Part shown: in pieces, positions 10,014 to 19,781 of the stretch
Layout: each line of letters starts with the position of its first letter
Position numbering within the stretch: position 1 is the first letter of the stretch
Origin: Desulfonatronovibrio sp.
Lineage (GTDB): Bacteria; Desulfobacterota; Desulfovibrionia; Desulfovibrionales; Desulfonatronovibrionaceae
Assembly (NCBI GenBank): GCA_003566455.1
Contig: PXDF01000227.1
Location: 19,250 to 83,249, forward strand
Length of the DNA: 64,000 nt
Direction of reading: 5' to 3'
Notes under the pieces: model-generated
The model's input: only the letters and a program-made list of their open reading frames with translations
Told to the model about the DNA's origin: nothing
The model's database searches: none
Position numbers and translations under genes: made by a program

Positions 10014-10877
10014 ATGCTATTTGAACACGTCACCCTGGACCATCAGCAAAAATTTAACAGCCTCTTAAACATCACCCCGCAGATAGCTTCTGATTTCAGC
10101 TTCGCCAATATATACGGATGGGCTGAAGAATACGGGCTGGATATAGCCTTTGACCATGGTCATGCCTGGATCAGACAGAGCAGGCCTGAAGAAGTCTACT
10201 GGGCCCCAGTAGGAGACTGGGAAACCAACTGGACGGAAATCATGGAAAAATTGCCTGCTGGAGCCAAAATCGTCCGGATTCCTGAAAAACTGGCCCTGGT
10301 CTGGAAAAAACAGCTGCCTCAAGTAAGCATTAATCCAGACAGAGACCATTGGGATTACCTTTATTCAGTGTCTGAACTCATTGAACTTAAAGGAAACAGG
10401 TTTCACAAGAAGAAAAATCTGTATAACCAGTTCATAAAAAATTATGATTTCACTTATGTAGAACTGGAAAAAAAATATATTGAAAAGGCTCTTGCCCTGC
10501 AGACAGAATGGTGTCTGTGGAAGGAATGCGACGACTCAGGCCCTTTGGAAGCTGAAAATCATGCCATAGTCAGGGTCTTTTCACGGTGGGACAATATAAA
10601 AGGCCTGTTCGGGGCTGGCCTCATGGTGGGACAGGATATGGTGGCCTATACTGTGGCCGAGACCCTGCCAGACAACACCCTTGTCATCCATTTTGAAAAA
10701 GGCTGTCCCGGTTACAAGGGAGTCTACCAGGCCATGAACAGACTTTTCCTGGAAAAATCAGCAAGCCATTTTGAAATAGTCAACCGGGAGCAGGACCTGG
10801 GGGATCAGGGGCTGAAAAAAGCCAAGGAATCATATAACCCTTTGGGTTTTCTTAAAAAATTCATTGCCAGGTTATGA
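10014..10877 (+). CDS. DUF2156 domain protein (lysyl-PG synthase C-terminal-like)
   Basis: Length and motifs (FSFANIYGW, KGNRFHKKKNLYNQF) match the DUF2156 family. Confidence 0.7.
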   Translation: MLFEHVTLDHQQKFNSLLNITPQIASDFSFANIYGWAEEYGLDIAFDHGHAWIRQSRPEEVYWAPVGDWETNWTEIMEKLPAGAKIVRIPEKLALVWKKQLPQVSINPDRDHWDYLYSVSELIELKGNRFHKKKNLYNQFIKNYDFTYVELEKKYIEKALALQTEWCLWKECDDSGPLEAENHAIVRVFSRWDNIKGLFGAGLMVGQDMVAYTVAETLPDNTLVIHFEKGCPGYKGVYQAMNRLFLEKSASHFEIVNREQDLGDQGLKKAKESYNPLGFLKKFIARL

Positions 10878-13316
10878 TTGTCTCATCTCCCGCCCGCCCT
10901 TTTTTTGTGTTTCCTGCTCCTCTAGCTCATTATCCCTGTTTTGAATTATTTCCCGGGCATCGTCGGATTCGGAAAAGTACTCAATTTGTTTGTCTTGCCT
11001 GGAGCTGTCTGAATGAGTGTCAATGGCTCTGACAGTTGACGATGATTTGCCTGACTCCCGCAGAACACGCATGGGAGGAGCGGAACCGTCCTTGTCAACT
11101 CCGAACCAGATGGTCTGATGGGGGAATGGAATCTCTATTCCGCGCTCATCAAAAATCCGCTTCATCCGCTCCAGAAAAGCCCTGCGTACTGAAAACTGAC
11201 GTCCAGGCATGGTTTTCAGCCTGACCCGGATTTCCACCGCTGAATCAGCCAGATTGTTCAACCCGAATACTTCCAGATCTCCAAGAATATCTTTCTGCCA
11301 GGTTTCATCCTGACGCAGTTCAGTTGCCACGTCCTGCAGGGCCTGAACCACCTCTCCATAACTTTCCCTGTAGGCCACCCCGGCATCCACCAAAGCGTAT
11401 CCATAATCCCGATTGTTGTTTTTAACCGTGGTCACGTCACCGAATGGTATCACATAAACAGCCCCGGACAGGTCTCGCAGGGTCAGAGTTCTGATGGTCA
11501 GATGCTCCAAAGTACCTGCGTATCCGCCCGCCTCGACCCAGTCTCCAACAGCAATGGAATCCTCCATCAGGATAAAGGCTCCAGTAATCACATCCCGGAC
11601 CAGTGTCTGAGCACCGAAGCCGATGGCCAGACCTATAACTCCTGCTCCTGCCAGCAGAGGGGCGATATTGATTCCCAGGTGGGCCAGAACACTCATTCCA
11701 GCCACAAGAACCAGGACTATCAGGACAACATTGCTCACCAGAGGCAGCAGGGTCAGAAGACGTGTGTTGGCTTTTCTTACTGCCGTGCCTTCACGCTCCC
11801 TGATCAGATAGCCTTCAATCTTCAGGCTGAACAGTTCCCAGACCACAAAGGCACCGACGATTATCAGAGTAATGACAACAAGATTGGATAAGACAGCCCC
11901 GCCCTGAGGTGTGACCAGCCAGCTCAGTGTTCCCAGACCCCAGGCCTGCATGATTGAAAAAGCTGCAACAATGTACAGCACTATCCTGACGGAATGCCTG
12001 AGAAGAGGCAGATAGCGGTTCGCTCTGGCCTCCAGCCCGGGATGGTCTTTTTTGAGTTCATCGCTGATTTTGAACAGATGATCCAGGCCTCTCTGACTCA
12101 GACGGATAAGCAGGCTCATAATGGCAATAACCATTACAGTCATGATTATGGCCCTGGCCAGATAGTGAAATCCTCCCTCGATTCCCAGAGCCCAGGTTCC
12201 GAAAATGCCCAGGGTTATCACAATGGCCCCGATATGCCAGAAATCAGCCAGACGCCGACGCAGAAGACTCACTGTCTGAATTTTATCAGGAACTGGTCTG
12301 TCCAGATCAGGTTCAGGCACATGACCTGCTCCAGCTGGTTCCTGATCTCCGCGCAGCCATGAGCTTACATCCACGCGGTTCTGCATTATGAGCATGATGG
12401 CCATCATGGTAATTATCAGCCCAAGCAGCTTGAGCAGGAAAATGTGCAGGCTCTGAGGCAGTCCAAGAATCAGGGCTGCCTCCAGGATAAAAAAGCCGTA
12501 TACCCCGATTCTTACCACCCGGCGGACCCAGATATAGAGATATTGAACCGACTCATTGTCCAGGGGCAAAAGCCTCAGGGCCGGGTTGTCAGGAACCAGA
12601 AACAGTCGGGTCAGGACCAGAATCAGCCTGACCAGAACATTGGCATTAATCAGGGTCAGGGCAACCAGCTGGGTACCGGCTCGCGGATCCAGCAACGGCA
12701 GCAGGCCGTATGCCGCGGCGGCAAAAGCGGCTATGGGAATAAGCTCAAGCAGGGTGCTGCCCATGAGCAAAAGAATTCTGACGCCCTTGTTCAAGGCTTC
12801 CTGGTCCGCCATGGATCTCCGGGCCCTGGAAAGAAAACGGTAAACTACCCACTGGGCCAGCATACCTGCAAGGAGAACCAGTAAAACCTTGCCTGCCATT
12901 TCCCCCCAGGACCTCAGCACTTCTGGATCCCTGGCCTGTTCTGCCAGATCCATTGCCAGGGAAGGAATCTGGAGTACATTCTCACCGGCTTCAGCCATGA
13001 CCTGGTTAACCTCGCGCATGTATCCGGATACGGCTGACAGCAGATGACCAACCAAACCCCTGGGCTCTGCCCTGGGCTCCTCCACAACACCCGCGCCATG
13101 AACTGCCAGGAGTGTCCTCAGATCCTGCTTCAGAGCTTCAACTCTCTCTGGATCTTCCAGGTCTTTAAGCAGTTTTTCAATCCCGGCCTGGGAATTACCT
13201 GTCCCCTGGGAAACAGATTCCTCCTGGGCGCCTGCCGGGCATGGCTGCCCAAAAAAGAAAATCAGCCCCAGAACTAGTGACATGAAAAGGCCTGACCGTA
13301 TTGTACCGAAAGGCAT
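10872..13316 (-). CDS. mechanosensitive ion channel family protein (large MscK/MscS-like)
   Basis: Signal peptide, many TM helices and a C-terminal MscS core (GAQTLVRDVITGAFILMEDSIAVGDWV). Confidence 0.85.
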   Translation of the reverse strand: MPFGTIRSGLFMSLVLGLIFFFGQPCPAGAQEESVSQGTGNSQAGIEKLLKDLEDPERVEALKQDLRTLLAVHGAGVVEEPRAEPRGLVGHLLSAVSGYMREVNQVMAEAGENVLQIPSLAMDLAEQARDPEVLRSWGEMAGKVLLVLLAGMLAQWVVYRFLSRARRSMADQEALNKGVRILLLMGSTLLELIPIAAFAAAAYGLLPLLDPRAGTQLVALTLINANVLVRLILVLTRLFLVPDNPALRLLPLDNESVQYLYIWVRRVVRIGVYGFFILEAALILGLPQSLHIFLLKLLGLIITMMAIMLIMQNRVDVSSWLRGDQEPAGAGHVPEPDLDRPVPDKIQTVSLLRRRLADFWHIGAIVITLGIFGTWALGIEGGFHYLARAIIMTVMVIAIMSLLIRLSQRGLDHLFKISDELKKDHPGLEARANRYLPLLRHSVRIVLYIVAAFSIMQAWGLGTLSWLVTPQGGAVLSNLVVITLIIVGAFVVWELFSLKIEGYLIREREGTAVRKANTRLLTLLPLVSNVVLIVLVLVAGMSVLAHLGINIAPLLAGAGVIGLAIGFGAQTLVRDVITGAFILMEDSIAVGDWVEAGGYAGTLEHLTIRTLTLRDLSGAVYVIPFGDVTTVKNNNRDYGYALVDAGVAYRESYGEVVQALQDVATELRQDETWQKDILGDLEVFGLNNLADSAVEIRVRLKTMPGRQFSVRRAFLERMKRIFDERGIEIPFPHQTIWFGVDKDGSAPPMRVLRESGKSSSTVRAIDTHSDSSRQDKQIEYFSESDDAREIIQNRDNELEEQETQKKGGREMRQS

Positions 13317-13427
13317 GTCATCTCCTGCACTGTTTGATATTTTTCTGACTGTTCAAGGGTCCGGCTTGACCCGCAAATATAACCATGAACAGACTAAACT
13401 GACTCAGAACTCAAAAGATCCTAAAAA

Positions 13428-13757
13428 TTATGTGGGATCTTTTTCTCCTGTCACATCCTTGATCCAACTCATGGCCGAAGCCACAGTGGGGAACCCGGAG
13501 GTTGAGGTAATGACAATCAGTGCATGATGGATTTCTTCAATGCTTGCTCCGGCTTTCAAAGCCCTGCGGGCATGACTGCGTACCGCCCCCTCTAGTTTAA
13601 GTCCTGCGGCCGTCACCATCTGCAGCAATTCCACTGTCTTTTCGTCCAGAGGTCCTTCCAGGCGCACTGCCCGTCCCAACTGGGAAACAGCCTTGATGAA
13701 TCCTGGATGCCGCTCCTGCAATAATTGGTAGTGTCTGGGCAAACCTTCACTGCTCAT
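13428..13757 (-). CDS. carboxymuconolactone decarboxylase (AhpD-like) family protein
   Basis: CMD-family-like sequence. Start moved to the ATG at 13757 (MSSEGL), which follows a GGAGAG SD. Confidence 0.7.
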   Translation of the reverse strand: MSSEGLPRHYQLLQERHPGFIKAVSQLGRAVRLEGPLDEKTVELLQMVTAAGLKLEGAVRSHARRALKAGASIEEIHHALIVITSTSGFPTVASAMSWIKDVTGEKDPT

Positions 13758-13950
13758 GTTTTTCTCTCCATTGTAAAATAGTTTATTGATATCAAAAGCA
13801 TTCATCTTGTAAAAAGATCTTGAACTGTCTTGAATATAAATTTCAAAACCGCATGATGACTCGGAGCTGTTATTACCTGACCTTCTTTATTCCCTTGAAC
13901 AGACCCGCTTAATACCAGCTCAGGTTAACAACCATTAATCATGTATGTGT

Positions 13951-14082
13951 ATTGAGCGACTTTTCATGTAACTGTTTGATAAGCCTGTCATGACGATAAA
14001 CCTGAGGGGAAAGGCAATCTCTTCATAACCGTCAGGGATTGCTTCGTTTCCCTCGCAATAACAGATAAAAATCGCTCAATTC
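13951..14082. repeat. MITE-like intergenic repeat, family 1, copy 2
   Basis: Ends are attgagcgacttttcatgtaactgtttgataagcctgtcatgacg and cctcgcaataacagataaaaatcgctcaat. The internal gcaatc...gattgcttcg hairpin matches the other copies. Confidence 0.55.
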
Positions 14083-14087
14083 TGGTT

Positions 14088-15263
14088 CTAGTCAAACTGA
14101 GCATCATGCAGCCGCCAGTATACATCAGAATATTGAATGTCCGGGTCTTCCCCGGCCATGTCAAAAGCTGTTTTTCCCTGGGCGTTCTTCAATTTTACAT
14201 CTGCTCCGGCATTCAGAAGGACTCCGATAACCCTGGGATCTTTATTTCTTTTGGCAGCCCACATCAGTGCTGTCTTGCCGTCTTCATCCCTGGCGTTGAC
14301 CATGGCACCGGCATTGAGCAGGGCTCTGACCACCTCATGGCTATTGAAGCCAGCGGCAAGCATCAATGCTGTCCAGCCATCCCGGTCCCTTTGATCCACG
14401 TTTGCTCCGGCGTTAATAAACGCGTAGACTACTTCCGGCCTGTTGTTGTCGCGGGCCGCGCACATGAGTGCAGTCCAGCCGAATTCATCCCTCGCGTCCA
14501 CGTCAGCTCCCGCCTTGAGCAAAACCTCAACAACCTCGCGGTCATTGTATCCGGCAGCCATCTTCAGGGCTGTCCAGCCCTTTTCATTCCTCGCATCCAC
14601 CTCAGCTCCCGCCTTGAGCAGGACCCTGACGATCTCTTGATTATTGAACATGGCAGCCGTCATCAAAGCTGTACGGCCATATTTATCTCTTGCATCCACC
14701 CTGGAGCCCACATCGATCAATACCCTGGTCACCTCCGGGTCATCATTTCCATGGGCCGCCCACATGAGCACTGTCCGACCCTCTTCATCACGAGCGTCCA
14801 CTCTTGCCCCTGCAATTAGCAAGTCCAGGACAGCATCGTAGCTGTTATAACCTGCCGCCGCCATCAGGGCTGTCCAGCCGTTCTTGCTACGGGCATCCAC
14901 TCTGGCATTGGCATCAATCAGCGCCCTGATAACTTCAGGATAAGAGTTGTTCAAAGCAGCCCACATCAGGGTTGACCGGCCCTCGCTGTCCGCGGCGTTC
15001 ACATCAGCTCCGGCATCAATCAGCGCCCTGACAATTTCAGGACCCTGGTTATCCCGGACCGCCCTCATTAAAGCGGTCCAACCTTCTTCATCCCTTGCGT
15101 CTATATGGTCTTGTGAATCCAGAACCGCTTGCACACTTAATTGGGTGTCATTTACAGTCTCTGGAACGGGCTTGACTGATACGGCGGGCTTATCCGGTGA
15201 AACACAGGAAAACAGAAAACAGGCAAAAACAACAATCAAGATAACATGGCCGGTATTTTTCAT
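14088..15263 (-). CDS. ankyrin-repeat lipoprotein (about 10 ANK repeats)
   Basis: Lipobox LFSC after the signal peptide. Tandem 33-aa repeats follow (GxTALMxAAxxN...EVVRxLLxAGAxVxARD). Confidence 0.9.
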   Translation of the reverse strand: MKNTGHVILIVVFACFLFSCVSPDKPAVSVKPVPETVNDTQLSVQAVLDSQDHIDARDEEGWTALMRAVRDNQGPEIVRALIDAGADVNAADSEGRSTLMWAALNNSYPEVIRALIDANARVDARSKNGWTALMAAAGYNSYDAVLDLLIAGARVDARDEEGRTVLMWAAHGNDDPEVTRVLIDVGSRVDARDKYGRTALMTAAMFNNQEIVRVLLKAGAEVDARNEKGWTALKMAAGYNDREVVEVLLKAGADVDARDEFGWTALMCAARDNNRPEVVYAFINAGANVDQRDRDGWTALMLAAGFNSHEVVRALLNAGAMVNARDEDGKTALMWAAKRNKDPRVIGVLLNAGADVKLKNAQGKTAFDMAGEDPDIQYSDVYWRLHDAQFD

Positions 15264-15381
15264 GATCCACTCCTTTTTATGGATATAGCAATGCTTGCCA
15301 GCCTGAAGCCATCAAAACTGAGCAACCTTTTACTAAAATTTTAGTCTGGAAACATCAAGCCACTTTTTTAGAAACCAGATG

Positions 15382-15424
15382 CTTATGTTTACACTTCGCG
15401 TCAAACGCGTTTTGTAAACATAAG
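15382..15424. repeat. REP-like palindrome, family 2, copy 1 (imperfect)
   Basis: cttatgtttacacttcgcgtcaaacgcgttttgtaaacataag. Same core as 37487..37531 and 63023..63064. Confidence 0.7.
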
Positions 15425-15492
15425 AATTTAACTGGCCTTTCCTCAAATAAAAAAAGGGCTAACATCTTTATGACGCAAGCCCTTGAATTTCC

Positions 15493-15568
15493 TGGTGCCG
15501 AGGGACGGAATTGAACCGCCGACACGGGGATTTTCAGTCCCCTGCTCTACCGACTGAGCTACCTCGGC
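15493..15568 (-). tRNA. tRNA-Phe (anticodon GAA)
   Basis: The reverse complement GCCGAGGTAGCTCAGTCGGTAGAGCAGGGGACTGAAAATCCCCGTGTCGGCGGTTCAATTCCGTCCCTCGGCACCA folds as a cloverleaf with an encoded CCA. Confidence 0.95.
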
Positions 15569-15794
15569 ACTTTGTTTTGGAAACCTGATTAATATCCAAG
15601 TGATGATTTCTTGGCAAGAACTTTTTTTTGAATTTTTTTCCATCAGCATTTTGCCGGGTTTGATGAAAATTTGAAATTTACTTTTTTGCCGAATTGGTTT
15701 AGCAGTATTTTCTGGCAGGAATTATGAAGGGGTAAAGACTTTATTTTTCAGCCCGATTTTCTCACCATCTAAAAGAATCGACAAGGAGTGAATA

Positions 15795-16394
15795 ATGGTA
15801 TCCATTGTCTGGCTAGGCTTGTGTTACATTTTCGGCTCTGTGCCATTTGGTATTCTAATAGCCCAATCCTTCTGCAAGATTGATCCAAGACAGCATGGCA
15901 GCAAAAACATCGGCGCCACAAATGTATCCAGAACATGTGGCTTCAAGTACGGACTGGCCGTTCTGATCCTTGATATCCTCAAAGGTTACCTTCCCATTGT
16001 ACTGGCTTTCAAATTCAGTTCTTCGGCAATTTTTATTTCCCTGACAGCTCTGGCTGTTATTGCAGGTCACATGTATTCGGTTTTTCTGTACGGTAAGGGA
16101 GGCAAGGGAGTAGCAACAACCGTCGGTGTTTTCCTGGCCCTGGCTCCAGGGGCGGCGGTCTGGGCAATAGGAATATGTCTGGCAGTCATTTACCTGACTG
16201 GATATGTTTCTCTGGGTTCACTGGCCCTGGTTACCTCAGCCCCGGTTATTTTCCTTTTAACCGGCAATTTTGCCTATATCCTCGTAACCCTGCTTATCAT
16301 GGGACTGGTTTTCTGGAGACACGAAGAAAATATTCACCGCCTCTTAAGCGGTGAAGAGAGCAGCTGGCGCAAGAAGGAAACTGAGGAATTGTAA
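15795..16394 (+). CDS. plsY: glycerol-3-phosphate acyltransferase PlsY
   Basis: YIFGSVPFG, GSKNIGATNV and GGKGVAT motifs. Confidence 0.95.
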   Translation: MVSIVWLGLCYIFGSVPFGILIAQSFCKIDPRQHGSKNIGATNVSRTCGFKYGLAVLILDILKGYLPIVLAFKFSSSAIFISLTALAVIAGHMYSVFLYGKGGKGVATTVGVFLALAPGAAVWAIGICLAVIYLTGYVSLGSLALVTSAPVIFLLTGNFAYILVTLLIMGLVFWRHEENIHRLLSGEESSWRKKETEEL

Positions 16395-16585
16395 AGGTGC
16401 AAGGGCCCAGGGCCAAGGGAACAGATGAGAGAAGAAGTAGTGAGAGATGAGACGGGAAGAAGCTCACCGCTCACCACTCATCGCTCATCACTCTTCGCTC
16501 ATCTAACGTCAAGAAGAGACTGGACCCTTCCCCCTTACTGATTCACTGACCACTGACTACTGATTTATCCCTTGGCCCTTGGTCC
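16395..16585. repeat. composite palindromic spacer element (family 4), convergent-gene intergenic
   Basis: Bracketed by the 11-bp inverted repeat gggccaaggga 16410-16420 / tcccttggccc 16568-16578. The inner block is homologous to the reverse complement of 8918..8997. The box ttcactgaccactg is at 16542-16555. Confidence 0.5.
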
Positions 16586-18208
16586 TTAAATCATCTTTTC
16601 CAGGACATTCACCAGAGGGTTCAGGGTGGATCTGTTCAGCGCGGATATGGGAATCCCCTGGGGAAAGATGTTCATGACCACTTCCCTTTGCTCCTGATCA
16701 AGTCTGTCCCACTTGTTCAAAGCCAGAACAACCGTCTTTTCATCCAGTTCAAGGGCACTCAGAATTTTGCCCACAGCCTCCACCTGTTCTTCCACCTCAG
16801 GATGGGAAGCATCTGCAACATGTAGCAGGAGCTGAGCCTGTGACAATTCTTCCAGAGTGGCCATGAAGGCTTCCCTCAGCTCTTGAGGCAGATCCTTGAT
16901 AAAACCCACTGTGTCTGTTAAAATGATTTCCTTGTCCTCTGGGAAACGGAGCCTGCGGCTGGTTGGATCAAGTGTGGCAAAAAGCTTGTCTTCAGCCAGA
17001 ATGGCGCTGTGGGTCAGGGTGTTCAGCAGCGTGGACTTGCCCGCGTTGGTATATCCCACCAGGGAAATTACCGGAACATCTCCCTGCTGTCTCCTGGATC
17101 TGGTGTTCTGACGATGCTTGCGCAGGCTGTCCAGATCGTCTTTGATTTTCTTGATCCTGTCCCTGATTTTGCGCCTGTCCAGTTCAAGCTTGGTTTCACC
17201 AGGCCCGCGGCCGCCGATCCCTCCGGTGAGCCGGCTCAGGGCACGATCCTGCTTGATCAGCCTTGGCAGAGTGTATTTAAGCTGGGCCATTTCCACCTGA
17301 AGCTTTCCCGCCTTTGAGGTGGCATGCTGGGCAAAAATATCCAGGATCAGCTGGGTCCGGTCCAGAATCTTCCTGTCTGTTATTGATGCCAGGTTTCGCA
17401 GTTGGGTCGGGGTCAGCTCCTGATCAAAAATGATCACCGAAGCGCCGTGCTGCAGGGCCATTACCTCCAGCTCAGACAGCTTGCCCTTGCCCAGAATATA
17501 CCTGGGATTGACCTTCGTAACCCTCTGAATCATGGAGCCGGCAATATCCAGGCCAGCGGTTCTGGCCAGGTGGGCAAGCTCAGCAAGGGACCTTTCCAGA
17601 TCCTTTCTTGCTGCTGTCCCCACACTTACCAGAATACCGCGGCCTTCTCCAGATCCGGTCTCCAGCACCGCGCCCAGGCGATCCAGCTCTTTTTCAAGCG
17701 AATCCGCGTTCTTGCTGAAATCAAAATCAACCCTGTTCCAAAAGGTTGGGTCATGTATCAGATACGGCTCGTTTTTCTGATTGGGGGGAAGCAGATGGGC
17801 CCACTGGAATTTATCAGGGCGTCCATGCTCATCCATGTTCAGAACTGACACTGAATCAAGCCGCAAAAATACCATATCCATGATATCTTCCCTGGTCAGG
17901 AAAGATGAATTAAGATGTGTATGAAACAGCCTTATCCCTCTCAACCTGCCGGAACTCTGCCTTAGCCGGTCCAGTTCCGGGATAAGAATTCCTTCATGAT
18001 CGCCTACCAGTACCATGAGTACATGACCCCGCCGGTCGATAAGAAGGCCGACCTGTCTTTTAATCTGTTGGGTTATGCCTGCGAGTTCGTGAATCTGTTC
18101 GGGGGTAAAGCCCGGAGAGGAAGGGTAAACTCTGAAATAAAGCCTGGAAAGGGACTTGAGTTGACTGGGCTTGAGCCCTGTCAGGTTGCCCTGGGGTTTC
18201 TTAGCTAT
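16586..18208 (-). CDS. hflX: GTPase HflX
   Basis: G-domain motifs GYTNAGKST and DTVGF. The track ORF starts at ATG 18016, but HflX-like sequence (AKKPQGNLTGLKPSQLKSL...) continues in frame up to 18208 with no ATG, GTG or TTG. Confidence 0.85.
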   Translation of the reverse strand: MAKKPQGNLTGLKPSQLKSLSRLYFRVYPSSPGFTPEQIHELAGITQQIKRQVGLLIDRRGHVLMVLVGDHEGILIPELDRLRQSSGRLRGIRLFHTHLNSSFLTREDIMDMVFLRLDSVSVLNMDEHGRPDKFQWAHLLPPNQKNEPYLIHDPTFWNRVDFDFSKNADSLEKELDRLGAVLETGSGEGRGILVSVGTAARKDLERSLAELAHLARTAGLDIAGSMIQRVTKVNPRYILGKGKLSELEVMALQHGASVIIFDQELTPTQLRNLASITDRKILDRTQLILDIFAQHATSKAGKLQVEMAQLKYTLPRLIKQDRALSRLTGGIGGRGPGETKLELDRRKIRDRIKKIKDDLDSLRKHRQNTRSRRQQGDVPVISLVGYTNAGKSTLLNTLTHSAILAEDKLFATLDPTSRRLRFPEDKEIILTDTVGFIKDLPQELREAFMATLEELSQAQLLLHVADASHPEVEEQVEAVGKILSALELDEKTVVLALNKWDRLDQEQREVVMNIFPQGIPISALNRSTLNPLVNVLEKMI

Positions 18209-18344
18209 TGATGATTCTCCTTTTATTTAGGGATTAAGGGATTAAGATTAAGGTCCTTCTCTTTTCGACATCCGACATCTGACGTCAGACGTCTGTTTCT
18301 TCTTGGACCTTAGTCCTTGGACCTTGCACCTATGCCCTTATCTT

Positions 18345-18935
18345 TCATTTTTTTGCCAAATAATCAGCTATCATGCGGTCATACCTGGAAGTCAGCTCAA
18401 AAGCATAACAGGCAGTCTGCTGCCTGAATGCAAGATCAACATGACCAAAATCGTCCATCTGTTTCATGAAAGAAAGGTAAAAACCGGGATCAGGAAGGAC
18501 GCACACACTGTGAAAATTTTTGGCGGCAGCGCGCAAAAGGGTTGGTCCTCCAATATCGATCTTTTCAACCGCGTCCTTGAGATCAAACTCGGCTGACACT
18601 GCTCCGGCAAAATCATAAAGATTAACACATGCTAAATCGATAAAACCGATATTATGTTCGTCAAGGGTACGCCCGTGATCTGGATTATCCTTGTCAGCCA
18701 GGATGCCTCCGTGGATATGGGGATGCAGTGTTTTTACCCTGCCGCCGAGGATTTCAGGGAATCCCGTCACATCGCTCACTTTGGTAACAGAAATATTGTT
18801 CTCCTGTAAAAGCTCAGCCGTCCCCCCGGTGGATATGATCTCCACATTCCTCCGGGCCAGGAATCCGGCCAGCTCAACAAGACCCTGTTTATGTGTAACG
18901 CTCAAAAGAGCCCTTTTCACAGGTAAAAATTCCAT
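18345..18935 (-). CDS. purH: IMP cyclohydrolase (stand-alone N-terminal MGS-like half of PurH)
   Basis: ALLSVTHKQGLVELA..STGGTA..GGRVKTLHP..GGPTLLRAAAKN is the IMPCH domain. The ORF stops after ~196 aa and no AICAR transformylase domain follows. Confidence 0.9.
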   Translation of the reverse strand: MEFLPVKRALLSVTHKQGLVELAGFLARRNVEIISTGGTAELLQENNISVTKVSDVTGFPEILGGRVKTLHPHIHGGILADKDNPDHGRTLDEHNIGFIDLACVNLYDFAGAVSAEFDLKDAVEKIDIGGPTLLRAAAKNFHSVCVLPDPGFYLSFMKQMDDFGHVDLAFRQQTACYAFELTSRYDRMIADYLAKK

Positions 18936-19042
18936 TTTCTCCCCTGAATACCTGAAATCAAAAAAACATTCCTGCCTTACAGGAATTATGTAATTGCACC
19001 TTGACCGGATGAACCAGATATAAGAATTTTTTCAAAGGGCTT

Positions 19043-19711
19043 TTAACGGGCGATCATTGATCGAAGAATCTCCACGCATTTACTGGTACTGTAACACATG
19101 ATATACATTCTTTCAACAAAGTGAATCAACTGGTAAATATCCTTAAATTCCATATCTGAGCTGTATATCTTTCCGGTCAGGGTATCCCTGAATCTTGAGA
19201 TTTCGTGTCTTTTATCCCTGATCTTCCGGTATTGTTCCTTGGTGCCTTCCCGGTCCAGATTTTCATAGTGAACCAGGGCCACAGTGTCTTTAAGGGCCGG
19301 GCCGAGGAGGTTGACCATATTTCCCACGTCATCAACCAGACAGATGAGTTCTTTCTGATAGACCTCCGGTATGATCATGGTTCTCATGGAAAGCCAGTTC
19401 AATGCTTCCTGGGCTGAATCAAGAATATTGTCCTGCGCGGTGGTATAACTCAGGAAAAGAACCTTATCCACTGGCATGAACAGGCTGCGAGGCAGATGAT
19501 TGCGTATATAGCGGATTATCTTGTCGGCCTGGGACTCAAGATCGTCAATGCTGTGCTGCATGGTCTTGAACTCAACGCATTGTCCGCCAAGAATATAGCA
19601 TTCAAGGGCATCATTGATTATATCAACTGACTGCTGAATTTTTTCATAATGCTCGAGGAGCCGTTCCATGGGGGATTTTTGGGTTAACAGCCCAAAAAAA
19701 TTAAATTTCAT
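19043..19711 (-). CDS. DUF47 / TIGR00153 family protein (PhoU-like, PiT-associated)
   Basis: Helical ~220-aa protein immediately downstream of the PiT gene, the usual pairing. Confidence 0.8.
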   Translation of the reverse strand: MKFNFFGLLTQKSPMERLLEHYEKIQQSVDIINDALECYILGGQCVEFKTMQHSIDDLESQADKIIRYIRNHLPRSLFMPVDKVLFLSYTTAQDNILDSAQEALNWLSMRTMIIPEVYQKELICLVDDVGNMVNLLGPALKDTVALVHYENLDREGTKEQYRKIRDKRHEISRFRDTLTGKIYSSDMEFKDIYQLIHFVERMYIMCYSTSKCVEILRSMIAR

Positions 19712-19781
19712 CTCGAATACCTCTTGATCAGGTGTTAATTATCCACGGCAATATCTGCTCAAATTAATCTAACGTATCAGG

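Noticed and set aside
14106-15288. Stack of plus-strand ORFs (237, 85, 65, 65 and 113 aa)
   Set aside because: All are antisense products of the 99-nt ankyrin repeat periodicity. They repeat the same Ser/Ala/Leu-rich peptide and have no starts with an SD.
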